Positions 63,115 through 64,000 of a DNA stretch of 64,000 nucleotides are shown one piece after another. Positions within the stretch are counted from its first letter, which is position 1, and each line of letters opens with the position of its first letter. The notes beneath the pieces are model-generated. The model searched no databases, was not told the origin of the DNA, and was given only the letters and a program-made list of their open reading frames with translations. The DNA comes from Felis catus (Eukaryota), in the NCBI RefSeq assembly GCF_018350175.1, contig NC_058368.1:34536001-34600000 (forward strand). Direction: 5' to 3'. A program made the translations under genes and the position numbers.

Positions 63115-63595
63115 AATTACACCTGACATAAAACCAGGTGAAGACATCCAAACAAAGGAAAACTATGGAATGTCCCTTATGAGTACAGATACAAAATTCC
63201 TCAACAAAGTATTAACAAACCAAATACAGAAATATATGAGAAATATTATAAATTACGACCAAATGGGACTACTTCACAAATGCAGCACTTTTTGTATAGT
63301 TCAAGAGATTAAAACTAATTATTGTAGTTTACCATATAAATAAAAAACAGATGATCATTTCAATATGGGCAGAAGCGTTTGACAAAATCTAACCTCTATG
63401 TGTTATTAAAACACTTAACAACCAGAAAGGAGAAAGAAACATCCTCAATCTGATAAAGGATATCTACAGAAAGCCCACAGCCAATGTCATACTTAAGGGA
63501 GAAAGAATGCATGCTTTCCTCTTATTATCAGGAATAAGAATACCTACTGTAGCCATTTTTATTCAACAATGTACTAGAGGTTCTAATAACAATAA
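63115..63595 (+). mobile_element. Old L1 ORF2 reverse-transcriptase fragment
   Basis: TCCCTTATGAGTACAGATACAAAATTCCTCAACAAA (SLMSTDTKFLNK), GCGTTTGACAAAATC (AFDKI) and TTCAACAATGTACTAGAGGTTCTA (FNNVLEVL); frameshifted. Confidence 0.88.
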
Positions 63596-64000
63596 ATTGG
63601 CAATTGTCTAAAACCTTTCTTTTTCTTTTTCTTTTTTTTTTGATATCTCTTCTAGCACCTTGATATAGAACATTCCTACTTTGTAAAAGTAAAACATCTA
63701 CATTTATAACTTATTTCCCTTCTATTAATTCAAAGTAATGAGAGCAGAGTACTCGCCTTAGATATAACTTCAATGATTTTATATTCCTACTTGTAATTAC
63801 TAGAGAGGATTCTGGAGTCACTTACATACTTATATTCTAGGTTTGGTCAAATGAGGTGCTGTACTTGTTACTATATATAAGATAACTGGATGGAAAATTT
63901 ATTTGCTCAGGTATTTCCTTATTTCTAAGCCCAAAGGTATCAGACTTAGTCTGTTGTGATTGATAACAGTGTTTCAAAATGTTATTCTTATATTCACAGA

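Overview
AT-rich, CpG-poor mammalian genomic DNA from a felid, inferred from many tRNA-derived carnivore SINEs whose youngest copies match the cat-type SINEC_Fc pattern and from young cat-type L1 3' ends. I recognise no host protein-coding exon or CpG-island promoter, so the window reads as intergenic or deep intronic. Most of it is transposable-element debris: about 22 Can-SINEs, two young TSD-flanked L1 3' ends (one with an open ORF2p C-terminus), old L1/HAL1, L2 and MIR fragments, MaLR, ERVL and ERV1 LTRs with a decayed ERVL gag remnant, Tigger/MER DNA transposons and microsatellites. The most distinctive object is a full-length but decayed U6 snRNA retrocopy (15425-15773) split by a young SINE with a perfect 18-bp TSD. 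A few repeat-poor stretches with transcription-factor motifs are candidate enhancers. I found no evidence of a new biological system. Repeat family names come from recalled consensus similarity, not a database search, and old-repeat boundaries are approximate.
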